NCBI GenBank assembly: GCA_964106645.2
Contig: OZ067040.1
DNA length: 64,000 nucleotides
Reading direction: 5' to 3' (one strand)
DNA from: Podarcis pityusensis
Taxonomy: Eukaryota
The notes beneath the pieces were generated by a model. The model was given only the letters and a program-made list of their open reading frames with translations. It searched no databases and was not told the DNA's origin. Both the position numbers and the translations under genes were made by a program. This document shows positions 30,001-39,607 of the stretch, piece after piece (position 1 is the first letter of the stretch; every line of letters starts with the position of its first letter).

Positions 30001-32317
30001 AAAACTGCCTTAGAAGTACAACAAAAAAAGGTGAAAAAGATTTTTTTTAAACCTCCAGAGAAATAGGATAAAGCTAGGAGGAAGAGTGAAGAAGAATGTG
30101 GAAAGCAAGAATGGGAGGGAAAGTTATTTTACACTTAGTGTAACATAAACATTTCTGCTGTTCCCCCTTTATTCATTCTACTATGAGAGATTTAGAACTG
30201 CCATACAAGCCTTACTAAAACGAGTGACTGGCAGCCATATTTGTTGAGTTGCTTCTTATAAGCTCTTAAAAACTTAAGGTTACTTTTCTTGCAGACCTTC
30301 AAATTGATGGTCACTGCCAGGCATGCTATCACACAAAAATAAACAAAAATGTGCACAAAGTTAATTTACAGCTCCTTTAAGGAAAGCAAACTGCCAATTC
30401 CACCCTTCCTTGTTCCTAAAATATAAAACAGTTTTAAAGTGTTTTTCTAACCCACCCTGAATCACCATGACAAGACAGGCTACATTTCTAAATGAATTAA
30501 AAAAGAAAGAAAACACGTGACTTTACTATAGGGTGGTATCAGACTGTGTCATACACATGAACAATTGCAAACACCATTTGCCTTGGCATTGGTGAGGGGG
30601 CAGTGAACTAGAGTATCCCATGTCTCTAACAACCTTCTGACTCCAATAAACCAAGTTATCAGTGTGCACTACATAAGGAATACAACCCCTCCCCATCATA
30701 TTTTTAATTCAAGATTACAAATATAGGAATTTGGCTTATAAATATAGTGGGCCTCTCTGGGCTCTTAGAAATTCAACACAGAGACCCTTAGAACATGGAT
30801 GGGGATCCAGGTGGACTCCAGTTCCCATCATCCCTGAGCACTGGCCATGCTGGTGGAAGCTGATGGGACTCAACATCTGGAGGGTCATGGGTTTCCCAGC
30901 CCAGTCAAAGTATTGTACAAAATGAGTTCCTAAAAATTCGATGTTAGCTTAATCTAAAGAGTCCCAAGGACAGTAGTTAGGGAAGAAATTTCTAGCCCTA
31001 CCAAGAGTAACATAACAGAATTAGGAAAGATGGAGATAACTTTTGTTTTCATTCCTTGAAAATCTTTGAATCTTTTGACAAAAAAACCCAAAAAACAAAT
31101 TCCAACCTTGTAAAATCATTTCTAATGAACTACTTTTCAATGGGCACATGAATCAGTTCTCTGTAAACACTATGGTACAAATCTGATGGAAGGTTTTGTA
31201 CCCAATGAGATATATTTCCCTGAAACAACGCTGCAAACTACATTTGGATCACAGTGATGGGAATGTAGCTACTCAGAAAAGTGCTACATAAAACAAGGGG
31301 ACCCTTGTAAACAAGAACAGCACTCTGTGGTCCAAAGAGAGCAGATAACCTTTGCCCAAATGTTTGCTCAAGCTCTATAGTAAAACAATGAGAGATGGAT
31401 TAAGCAAGCTGTAAAAATAATTTGTTGTTGCTGTAACCAATTTGCTACAAAGCTTGACATCTGTTTGCCCCATCTGAATGTATGATTGGGGGGAAGAACA
31501 GTATTTTAGCGGTTGGGAATATTTATAATTAAACTAATTTTTGCTGCAAGCACAACCTCTGTTTTGTTATTGCTGTTAGCATATTACTATTTCGTCAATT
31601 AAAAATTACCTAAACTTAGATTTCCACCTAAATTCTAGCACAGTGGTTCTCACAAGGGTGTGGTGACTCACGCTGGTGTGGCAGAAAGATTAAAGGATTA
31701 TCAAAGAAACATTTAAAGATTTCAGTATTGTACAGCATAGCATTGAAAACAAATTATTTGCAGAATGTGGATAGATATAGTTTAAAATTGAGAACACTAG
31801 AACTGACTATTCTTCTTGCAAACAAGATATTAGTTAAATTAGCTCCCCCTTATATTAACAGTGTGTTTAATTTTAAAGCAAGCCAAATTAAGCTCCAAAT
31901 TAAGCAACTGCAAATTTACTAAAGCGTTAATGCCAGTATGAAGAGAAACTAAAATGCTGTACTAAAATTGAATTATTACCCCTCATCTTTACAGAGCTTT
32001 GTAATCCACAGGCCTTCAAACATTAGTCTCTCTTTTATTACACAAAAAGCACTTCGTTGAGGATGGAGTAAATAGTGAAAATCACCAGCAGTCTCAGGCT
32101 CCTTAACATGCATTCATTTTGATATGCAAATATTGTATACCACGTATGTGATCTGAGCACATGGGGACCTACACATGACTTTCATATTTCGCCACATACC
32201 GATGTGCTTTCCACTTACAACGTTTGCAACAGACTGAATCAGTCCTAAATCTTTTTGTTCGTGCAGATGACCAAAATAATTTATTTCTCCAAGATTAGCA
32301 GTTTCTTGAATGGGACT

Positions 32318-32349
<32 letters not shown>

Positions 32350-33433
32350 CAGGGCCATAGTCAAAGGGGTGTGTGTGTGTCAGTATCTCTTCCCTTTGAT
32401 CATAGTCAGAATACTTCTTAGAATTCCTCAAATGATCTATTACTCTTTTGAGGTTGAATGAAAGCCAGATACACACACACAGAACATTTTACTATTTGGA
32501 GAATTTAACTCTTCTCCAGCCTCTTTCAAACTACTTGTTGTGACCTTTATGAACAAATGTATTGGGGGGGGGGGGTGCCGAACTGGGTCTTTGCCCTGGT
32601 GACAGAAAGCCTAGTTTCGGCCCTGCGCGCACACACACACTATCCTTTAAGTGGTATAAGAATTCATTTAGAGGAGGGGCTAACAGTATTTTTCAACTAC
32701 CCAAACTCAATGGTGGAGGCGTGTGTATAGTATTGCAAATTTGTAAGCAGAGAAGTATCAACTTTACAGCAACGAAGTGAGAAATCTTCCAAGTATGGAT
32801 ATACATTTGAACAAGGCATCATTTCCTTGCAATTGGAAAAACAAAACAAAAACACTTTAAGTACACAGATAGGATTGTGCCAAAGTATATTCTTAAAAAC
32901 AAAAATAAAAAAACAACAACAGGCAATACAAACAGACGAAGCTGCTCGGCGATCCAGAGGTTCTCCTTACAAATTTAAACCATCTCCACTCTGCTTGGGT
33001 CTTTTAAAGCGCTGGCTCATGGAGGGGACTGTGCCGCACTCTCGCCTCCTTTCCTCCCCACCTCCCGCCACCATGGGAAAACAAAGAAGGCAAGACCCAG
33101 CTCTGCTCCCTCTCCTTCTCCAGCCAGATCACCCCCTCCGCCCACAAGGCACTTTGAAGAAACGGCGCACGGCGGGGGGGGGGGGGTCGAGCCAGCGAAG
33201 ATGGACGGCCAGCCCCAGGCAAAGGCTGCCTGGCTGCCCCCTCCCCCAGCTCGATGTCCATCACCGCCCTCCCCCCACGATTGCGGAGGGCGAAGAGGGC
33301 GCCGCCACCGCCGCCGCTATTGTTGCTCTCCCACCTGTTTGGCGAGGAACCTGCTGAGCTCGCCGCTGCTCCTCTCGTTCTTCTGCGCGACCATCTGCAG
33401 CGGAGCCGCCAGGCTGAGACGCAGGTGCTCCAT
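283..33433 (-). CDS. MDN1: Midasin (MDN1/Rea1) AAA-ATPase, 5' part: coding exons 1-39, gene continues beyond the left edge
   Basis: Exons in transcription order: 33433-33335, 29784-29558, 28023-27799, 27161-27054, 26916-26724, 25313-25098, 24549-24418, 23742-23639, 22920-22806, 21997-21807, 21523-21442, 20958-20863, 19761-19649, 19354-19206, 19112-19052, 18492-18287, 16973-16870, 16200-16056, 15188-15092, 13763-13650, 11989-11842, 11689-11579, 10597-10446, 9926-9748, 9610-9402, 8849-8703, 8351-8210, 8088-7954, 7842-7704, 7598-7460, 7318-7191, 6968-6833, 5750-5621, 4025-3792, 3502-3305, 2693-2485, 1918-1796, 758-561, 390-283. Phases join into one 5742-nt frame beginning MEHLRLSLAAPLQMVAQKNERSSGELSRFLAKQIWSQQDRQC. 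Five Walker A motifs (GPVGCGKT, GETGTGKT, GDTSIGKT, GDTGCGKT, GSPGVGKT), Walker B motifs (WILLDEINLA, WIILDELNLA, FLMDEISLA) and FATQNP/ATMNP...NRF motifs. A probable next acceptor (AG) sits at positions 3-2. Confidence 0.97.
978..1195. mobile_element. hAT-type MITE
   Basis: Ends CAGGGACGTCCAAC...GTTGGACACGCCTG; perfect 8-bp TSD GCATAGCC (970-977, 1196-1203). Confidence 0.8.
1265..1390 (+). mobile_element. Degenerate tRNA-derived SINE (Squam3-like)
   Basis: GCTCAGGGGTAGAG A-box-like head, AAGGTCCC...AATC B-box region, tail CTGAGCTGGATGGACCAAT...CTTCCTATG. Confidence 0.5.
3238..3279. repeat. (CAG)14 microsatellite, read as CUG in MDN1 pre-mRNA
   Basis: Uninterrupted CAG run about 25 nt into MDN1 intron 35. 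Confidence 0.95.
9980..10072. repeat. Compound (TAT)n/(TACTAT)n microsatellite
   Basis: Seen directly; explains the poly-Asn/Ser-Asn in ORF 9611-10105. Confidence 0.9.
10081..10314. mobile_element. Tc1/mariner (Tigger/pogo-like) MITE
   Basis: TIR CAGTGGTACCTC...GAGGTACCACTG with TA on both sides; opposite orientation to the copies at 17908 and 19842. Confidence 0.85.
13411..13560. mobile_element. hAT-type MITE
   Basis: TIR CAGTGCTTTTTTT...AAAAAAAGCACTG; perfect 8-bp TSD CTACAAGT. Confidence 0.85.
17908..18141. mobile_element. Tc1/mariner (Tigger/pogo-like) MITE
   Basis: TA-CAGTGGTACCTCTGGTTAC...GTAACCAGAGGTACCACTG-TA; internal TAACCTGA repeats. Confidence 0.9.
19842..20083. mobile_element. 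Tc1/mariner MITE, same family as 17908-18141
   Basis: Same TIRs and a closely similar interior (CACTTTAGCTAATGGGGCCTCC...TTCTGTTCTCATCCTGA). Confidence 0.9.
28842..29145 (+). mobile_element. Solo LTR of an LTR retrotransposon/ERV, antisense in MDN1 intron 2
   Basis: TGTT...AACA ends; 5-bp flanks CTTCA/ATTCA (1 mismatch); two AACCAATCAGC CCAAT repeats; AATAAA near 29060. Confidence 0.6.
29870..30005. mobile_element. Short palindromic squamate repeat (GGACTACAACTCCCATCA family); more copies at ~12215, 30790, 36530, 45610, 51830, 56900, 57570, 60780, 61710, 62910
   Basis: Recurrent motif with self-complementary ends (TTCTTCAACTTAGGATTCCCAGA...TCTGGGAATCCAAGGTTGAAGAA). Confidence 0.65.
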
Positions 33434-33930
33434 TGCCTCGGCCTTCCCGGAGCAGCTCCCCTTCGCCCCGGGACCGAGGTAACGGACGGTGGGCGTGCGC
33501 GCGCGGAGGCAGCCAGCTAGCGCCCTCCGCCACCCGCTGCTGCTGCGCGACACGTGGGGAAGGAAAGCGACTTTCGTTTTCCCCGTGTATATGCCGCGTC
33601 ATCTCCCGGCGACAAACCAAGGCGGAGGAGGGATGGTCTCGGCCTTTGCTTTTTCACCCGCCTCTTGCAGAGACACACACGCACAAAAACTACTCATCCC
33701 AGCATGCACGGCGACTTTCCTTCGTAGCAACTCTCGGCATAGTTTCGAGCGTTGCGCGCTGGGATAAATAGGATTTCCTTCCTCTCCTTCGCTGTAGGCT
33801 GAAGTTGCGCGGGGTTTTTGCGCCAAGTCCCTCAAAAGCCGGGTTTGTGTTAGATAAAAACAGAAACGCCGTGGCTGCAGGGCGTTTGGGCTTTAAAGCA
33901 CTGGGAACATCCCACTGGGACTTACTTCCG
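33000..33930 (-). promoter_or_regulatory. MDN1 CpG island/promoter with E-box and ZNF143-like motif
   Basis: CpG-rich stretch around exon 1; CACGTG at 33551-33556; ACTACTCATCCCAGCATGCAC at 33689-33709 resembles the ZNF143/SBS composite; ETS-like ACTTCCG near 33924. Confidence 0.7.
33335..33433 (-). CDS. MDN1: MDN1 coding exon 1 (start codon)
   Basis: ATG at 33433-33431 inside a CpG island; encodes MEHLRLSLAAPLQMVAQKNERSSGELSRFLAKQ, followed by donor CAG|GTGGGA. Confidence 0.93.
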
Positions 33931-34200
33931 AACAAACAAACAGAACAAAAATAAAATACAAATAAAATAAAATAAATCCTTCCAGTAGCACCTTGAAAAA
34001 TAAAGGTAAAGGGACCCCTGACCATTAGGTCCAGGGTCGTGACCATAGCACCTTAGAGACCAACTAAGACGAAAGCTCATACCAATAACTAACTTAGTTG
34101 GTCTCTAAGGTGCTATTGGAAGGAATTGTTTTATTTTATTTATTTTATTTTGTTTCGACTAGGCAGACCAACACGGCTACCTACCTGTAACTAAAACAAA
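33931..34200. mobile_element. Penelope-like palindromic remnant with a nested Sauria-SINE 3' fragment
   Basis: 24-bp perfect inverted repeat 34045-34068/34093-34116; SINE tail AAAGGTAAAGGGACCCCTGACC inserted at 33995-34045 with a 9-bp TSD TAGCACCTT. Confidence 0.65.
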
Positions 34201-35240
34201 CAAAAGTGTGCTGATAAACAACAACAGCAACAAAACCTTTTCCCAGTTAGATGGAGCTACATCAGTTTCTGTTAGAGCGAGGAGAGAAATAGGTTTTCAA
34301 GGGTGGCGGGAATAGTTTGAAAACAGCATGAAGATACACAGGGTTGTGGCCCTCTAGCACTATACTGTACTGAACAGCTGGGCCTGTGTTTGGGGGACAA
34401 AACATCAACAGCCCAGCTAGTCTTATGGAAAATTAAGCTTACAAGTCCATTGATTTCTAGGCAACAATCTCTGACACACCTAAACCTGCACAGGACTGGA
34501 CCGCACAGCTGCCATCTTAAACACACCAGGGATAAAGCTGATTGGAGTTTATTCAGACTAGGTCCCAAATAAATATACAAAGGGTTAGATTGCACAGAGC
34601 GCCTTAAATGGAAGCGGCCAAAAGCACTTTGTTGCATGAGAACAAGTTTGTGTGCCAAAAGACAAAGTGGCTGCTATCAAAAGTACTGCTGTTGTAATGA
34701 ACCTTAAAAACTATATGGGATAGCTGGAACAAAGCCAACAAATGACAGAGTTAACTTTTTAGGTCAAAGGAGATCTGAAAATTTACAATCAATCTTTTTA
34801 ACCACTAGTTGGTACAAGATGTAATTAACTGTATGTGCTATAGCAGCTATACAGTACATGACAGTATGTCACATTGAACTCCAGGGCTTTCTGCTGAGAA
34901 AGCATACATAAAATCCAGTTGCAAAGGTTTTATCTCATTTGCTGTGTTTCCAAAACCACAAAAAATTATCCAACAGCCAACTTTAGTCATCCTTTCCCCT
35001 TGCCCTTTATCTAGGAGATGAAAGATGGATTGCTAGATACATTTTTTTAAAATGCTGAACCATTGCTCATTTGAGGTCTGTTACTTACACCAACAGCAAA
35101 TAATCTAGCAGCACCTTGAAGACTTAATAGTGCGACCTTGCATTGATTTTAGAATGATTTGATTTTAGAATGCTGTGTTACTTTTATTGTTGTTAGCAGC
35201 TGTGAGCCCGGCTTTGGCTGGGAAGGGCAGGATATAAATA

Positions 35241-35277
<37 letters not shown>

Positions 35278-35699
35278 TCCTCAGAAGCTTCACTGTACCC
35301 AGTGGGCCTTACTCCTTTACTTGTAAGTTCCACTGAATTCAACAGGGCTTACTTTTGGGGTTTTTTTTTAAAAAAGGGGGGAAAGGTGTTGGTACTCACC
35401 ATGAAGTTGTTACAATAAGTGCCACACTTTTAACATTTGTGAGGAAAGGTGTTGGTACTGCGTACCCTTGAGTACCCGCAGAAAAAGCACCGGGCATGAG
35501 CTTCTCCATAACCCTACGCATGTTTATTTGAAAGTAAGCTCCATTGCATTTAACGGGACTTTCTCCCAGTCCTCGTGAACAGGACTACAGCCTTTAAGAG
35601 CCCACTCTATGTCACATATTTGGGGTATGCCCTCAATAGACAGCTGACAGAGGAGAGTTTCTCTGTCCTCATGCACGTCTAACAGCTGACGTTACCGCA

Positions 35700-36400
35700 A
35701 TAAGGCTTTTGGCGAAACAAACAAACGCTCCTCTCTGATTAAAACGAGCTCTGCGGCTGCGCCAACCCAAACTTCTGCCCCGGCAAAGTTATCAGCCACG
35801 AAACTTTCTGGTGGCTTTGCAGTATCAAAACACCGACGGCGGCTTCAGGGCTTGCGTTTGCATATAAAAACAGAAGCCGCCGGGTTGCTCTCGAGAGCAA
35901 AAGCAGGCGCCCCCCAGCGGAGCCGCTCGTCGAAGCAGCTCCGGCGAAGGAATCCCGCCCCGCCTGCATCCCGAAGGGGAGGGCCTTGACGCTTCCTTTT
36001 GGCGCCAAGCGTTTCTGTGGCAGAGGAGGGAGCTGCTGACGTCGAGGCACGGCGCGCGCCCCAGCGTCTCCGGTGATTGGCCGGGCTCTTCCGGGCGCCA
36101 CCTCTCCCGTTTGGCGGCGGCGAAGGTGGCGGTGTTTTGGGGGTGGGGGAAGTGTTGTCAGTGAGAGAGGCAGCGGCGGCCGCCGGCCGAGGGAGCGAAA
36201 GTGAGGAGTAGCGGAGGCCGCACGGCGCGCGTTATTCCGGTTTGTGGAAACCAGTGGCCCGGGAAAGGAGTGGGGGGTGTCTTTCTCTCGTGGGGGTCAA
36301 GCGGGTGGGAGAGTGGCTGCCTCGCCTGCCCGGAACCCCTGCCGATCCCCGCGGAGGCATTCCCACGAGCACATCTCCCGAGTTATCTATCTATTGTCTT
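35700..36400 (+). promoter_or_regulatory. CASP8AP2 CpG island/promoter and probable non-coding exon 1
   Basis: CpG-rich; E2F-type TTTGGCG at ~35708, 35998 and 36110; inverted CCAAT (ATTGG 36076-36080); TGACGTC 36037-36043. Candidate donor GAAA|GTGAGG at 36200/36201. Confidence 0.7.
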
Positions 36401-37184
36401 TCCCCCGAATGGCATCGTAGCCCACCCCCACCAGCATGTAACTCTTCCCGCTCCCAGTTCCCACGTCTCCCACTTTCTCGCCCCTGCTTTCTGCAAGGGT
36501 GGGGGTTTGGAGAGTGGGGGTGCCTTTACGGCCCTCCAGACGTTGCTGGACTACAACTCAAGCCATCCTGGTTTGTGGTGACTGGGCATGTAGTCCAACA
36601 GCAGCTGGAGGTCACTGGGGTGAAAGTGGGGGCTGGGGCTGCCTTAAGGCCTGGTCAGCACCCGAAGAGGGAACGAGGGGGTCGAAGTTCCGAAGTGGTG
36701 GACTTGGACCGCACCAGTTTAACCGGAGAGTGGTGGTGGGTCATGTTTTATATCGCCACTTAGTTCTGCTTTGGGTGCAATTTGCCTTCCCACACCCCAC
36801 CTGAGTTCAGGACTAACCTTGTAATGCTAAACTTGTCTGCTGAGGAATAATTCAATGTTGAATTCAGTGAGGCTTGCTCCCAGTTAAGTAGACTAGGGTT
36901 GTGCATAAGTGCACAAAGAACATGTGCAGAGTGCCTTGCTGTTTAGTAATGAGAAAGCACTTTTACCTATCGTGGTTAAGAGTGAAGACTGCTTTTCATT
37001 GGAGAAGACTTGTTTGAGCAGTAGGCCCTGTACTTTTTCATAGGAAGAATTGTATACAGTGGTCGCTCCACTCTGTCCTCTTTGGAGAACTGCTCTTCAC
37101 TTGCTCTCCCCCTCCCCTCTGACTTGGTGGACAAACCACAAGCCCAGGTTCAAACATAACCCTAAGCCAAACCATGGCTTAGGC

Positions 37185-37379
37185 CAGAGCTTTCCAAACT
37201 TTTCGTGTTGGTGACACACTTTTTAGACATGTGTCATTTCGTGACACAGTAATTCAGTTTTACTAGCAGATTAGAGGTTAAATTAACCCATTTCCAGCCC
37301 TGGGAGCATTTGCAAGACACACTCAACACAGTGCAGCCGACACACTAATTTGTCCTGACACACAGTTTGGAAAGCTCTG
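37185..37379. mobile_element. hAT-type MITE
   Basis: TIR CAGAGCTTTCCAAACT...AGTTTGGAAAGCTCTG; perfect 8-bp TSD GCTTAGGC. Confidence 0.85.
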
Positions 37380-37851
37380 GCTTAGGCCTAGGTAGTGTGA
37401 TCAGGGGAAGGAGTGCTTTGTCTACAATCTTGATTCTCATTCCAAGTTATGGTTTGCTTTAGCACCAGGGGCGAAACTAGGTTTTACTTCACCTAGGTCA
37501 AAGACCCAGTTTGGCACACACCCCATACACATTTGTGTATACACACACACACAAGCTGGGAGCCTCAATTGCGCCCCTCTGGTGGCTTCACCAGGGGCAA
37601 AAAGATCTGACTAGCCCCTGTATAGCTACAACACTGCTTAGTGCTATGGAACTGTTTGTTGCAAAAATAAATGCTGGCAATCTCATTCACCTGTGAATAT
37701 ATTATTCCCATGCTGACCACCATCTGTGTATGCAGGAACACTTGTGTCCCATTGTGAAAACAGAATAAAGAGATCCATCTTTCTCTGATGGATTGCCTTC
37801 TATATTAATAACCTTAGGCTAATCAAAATCTTTTTTTGTTGTCAAATGCAG

Positions 37852-37878
37852 ATGGAGAATACTAGGAAGAGAGTATAA
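37852..37878 (+). other. uORF (MENTRKRV*) overlapping the CASP8AP2 start codon
   Basis: The exon begins ATG GAG AAT ACT AGG AAG AGA GTA TAA; the last A of TAA is the A of the main ATG (TAATG 37876-37880). Confidence 0.7.
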
Positions 37879-39471
37879 TGGCAACAGATGATGATGACGG
37901 GATGACGTTTTCTAATTTATTGCATGGTGGTAAGTTTTTTTGTTTGTTAGTTTTAATCAGATTATTTTTACTTAAAAAATAAATAAATGTAGGGAAACTC
38001 CATACCAAGGAAGAAACCCTTGAGAAAAGTTATATATGGAGCTCCTTGTACAGCACAGTTGACTGTCATATGTTGTGGCAAGAGCTGTTGCTGGTCATCG
38101 GAAGAGTTTTCTTCCTGCATTGCTGAGAGACCCATCATATGGTTTTCTAAGAATCTGATCTTTGGGAGCAGAGTTGTACAGACAAACATTGGATGCCCTC
38201 TTAACTACAATTTTAGGCTCTGCCCCATTTCTTCTGGCTTCATAGAATAAGATGGATACCATTATCGAACAAATAATAAGGACCTAGATATTACTGTTAT
38301 GGCTACGTTTAATGCTGTATTATGTTTTTAATGCAAGAAGTTATTTCTGACACAAAAATGGCCTATTTTTGTCCCTTTTAATTCTACAAAACCCACCGCT
38401 GAGGCTACAATTTGAAGGGGGCGATAGTGCAAGGGGAGAAGAGCTTCTTATTACTTTCATCTCATAGTGATTTTCTACTAGAGATCCTTTCTAGTGTATT
38501 TCTCTTGTATTTCACCATTACTGCGTACGTAGACTGGGTGAACTTACATATTATTACTTTATTCTCTTTATTTGCAGTTTCTTCTCAAGGAGTAGATGAT
38601 GATGAGAGTTCAGTGGATATTTATGATGGATTAGACAGCTCTCCAGTTATTTCTGGTATGTTCATAACTTTGTAACCAATGGCATTGCTCAGCTGAGAGT
38701 AAAGCTCTCTGAAGCAGATTTATGATGGACATGGGGGTAGGGCTTCAGCAGGAAGGAGGAACCACTGAGAATTCACTGCTTCCCTTCCTGTTCCACTGAC
38801 AGAAGCTTTCAGCAGAGTTGGATACAATCCATAGTTATTTGGTTATTTAATTATACATTGGAGAATTTTGTCATAAAAGGTCCTGTATATATTCATCCTG
38901 CTGTTAGGATAGAGCATTTTTGTTTTGGGTTTGTTGCAGAAACAATAAGTATCTTTTGCACTTCAGAATAGGAGTAGTTTGTATTGACTCTTAAGAGATG
39001 GCTTTGATATGTAATTTGAGTTAGCAGCTGCCACAAATAGCATTTTGATCTAAGTAAAATTTCTTAGGTGACAAGTTGCAACCATGGCTTATTTGGAAGG
39101 ACTTCAGGGGAGAGATAAAATGTGCAGAACCCGTTGCTGTATCCTGGAACATCGTAATACTATACATAATTTAAAAACCTGATGGAAGTTGTGAAACTGA
39201 AACTAACTTTCACAACTTTACATGGGAGTAAGCCCCCACTAGATGCCTAGTGCGTCCTGCCCCCCGCCCCCCCGTCCCACATAGGAAACACTTTTGAAAC
39301 TGAGAAAAATATTCAAAAGCAGTTTGATGTGGCATAGGGACCTGCTGTTCGAAAGAAAAAAGCCCTGTTTAGGGAAGTTTTTAATGACGGATGTTTTAAT
39401 GTACTTTTAATCTTTTGATGGAAGCCGCCCAGAGTGGCTGGGGAAACCCAGCCAAATGGGCGGGGTATAAA

Positions 39472-39507
<36 letters not shown>

Positions 39508-39571
39508 AGTAGCTCTTTCGATCTTATCTAATGGAAGAATGGGTACAATGAAAAAGGAAAATATTCCAAGT

Positions 39572-39607
<36 letters not shown>

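Noticed and set aside
32827-34046. Overlapping 78-176 aa ORFs on both strands
   Set aside because: Expected stop-codon scarcity in a GC-rich CpG island; no recognisable domain apart from MDN1 exon 1.
35739-36804. ORFs of 101-173 aa around the CASP8AP2 promoter
   Set aside because: CpG-island and repeat-derived; no protein-like features. The true start is at 37878.
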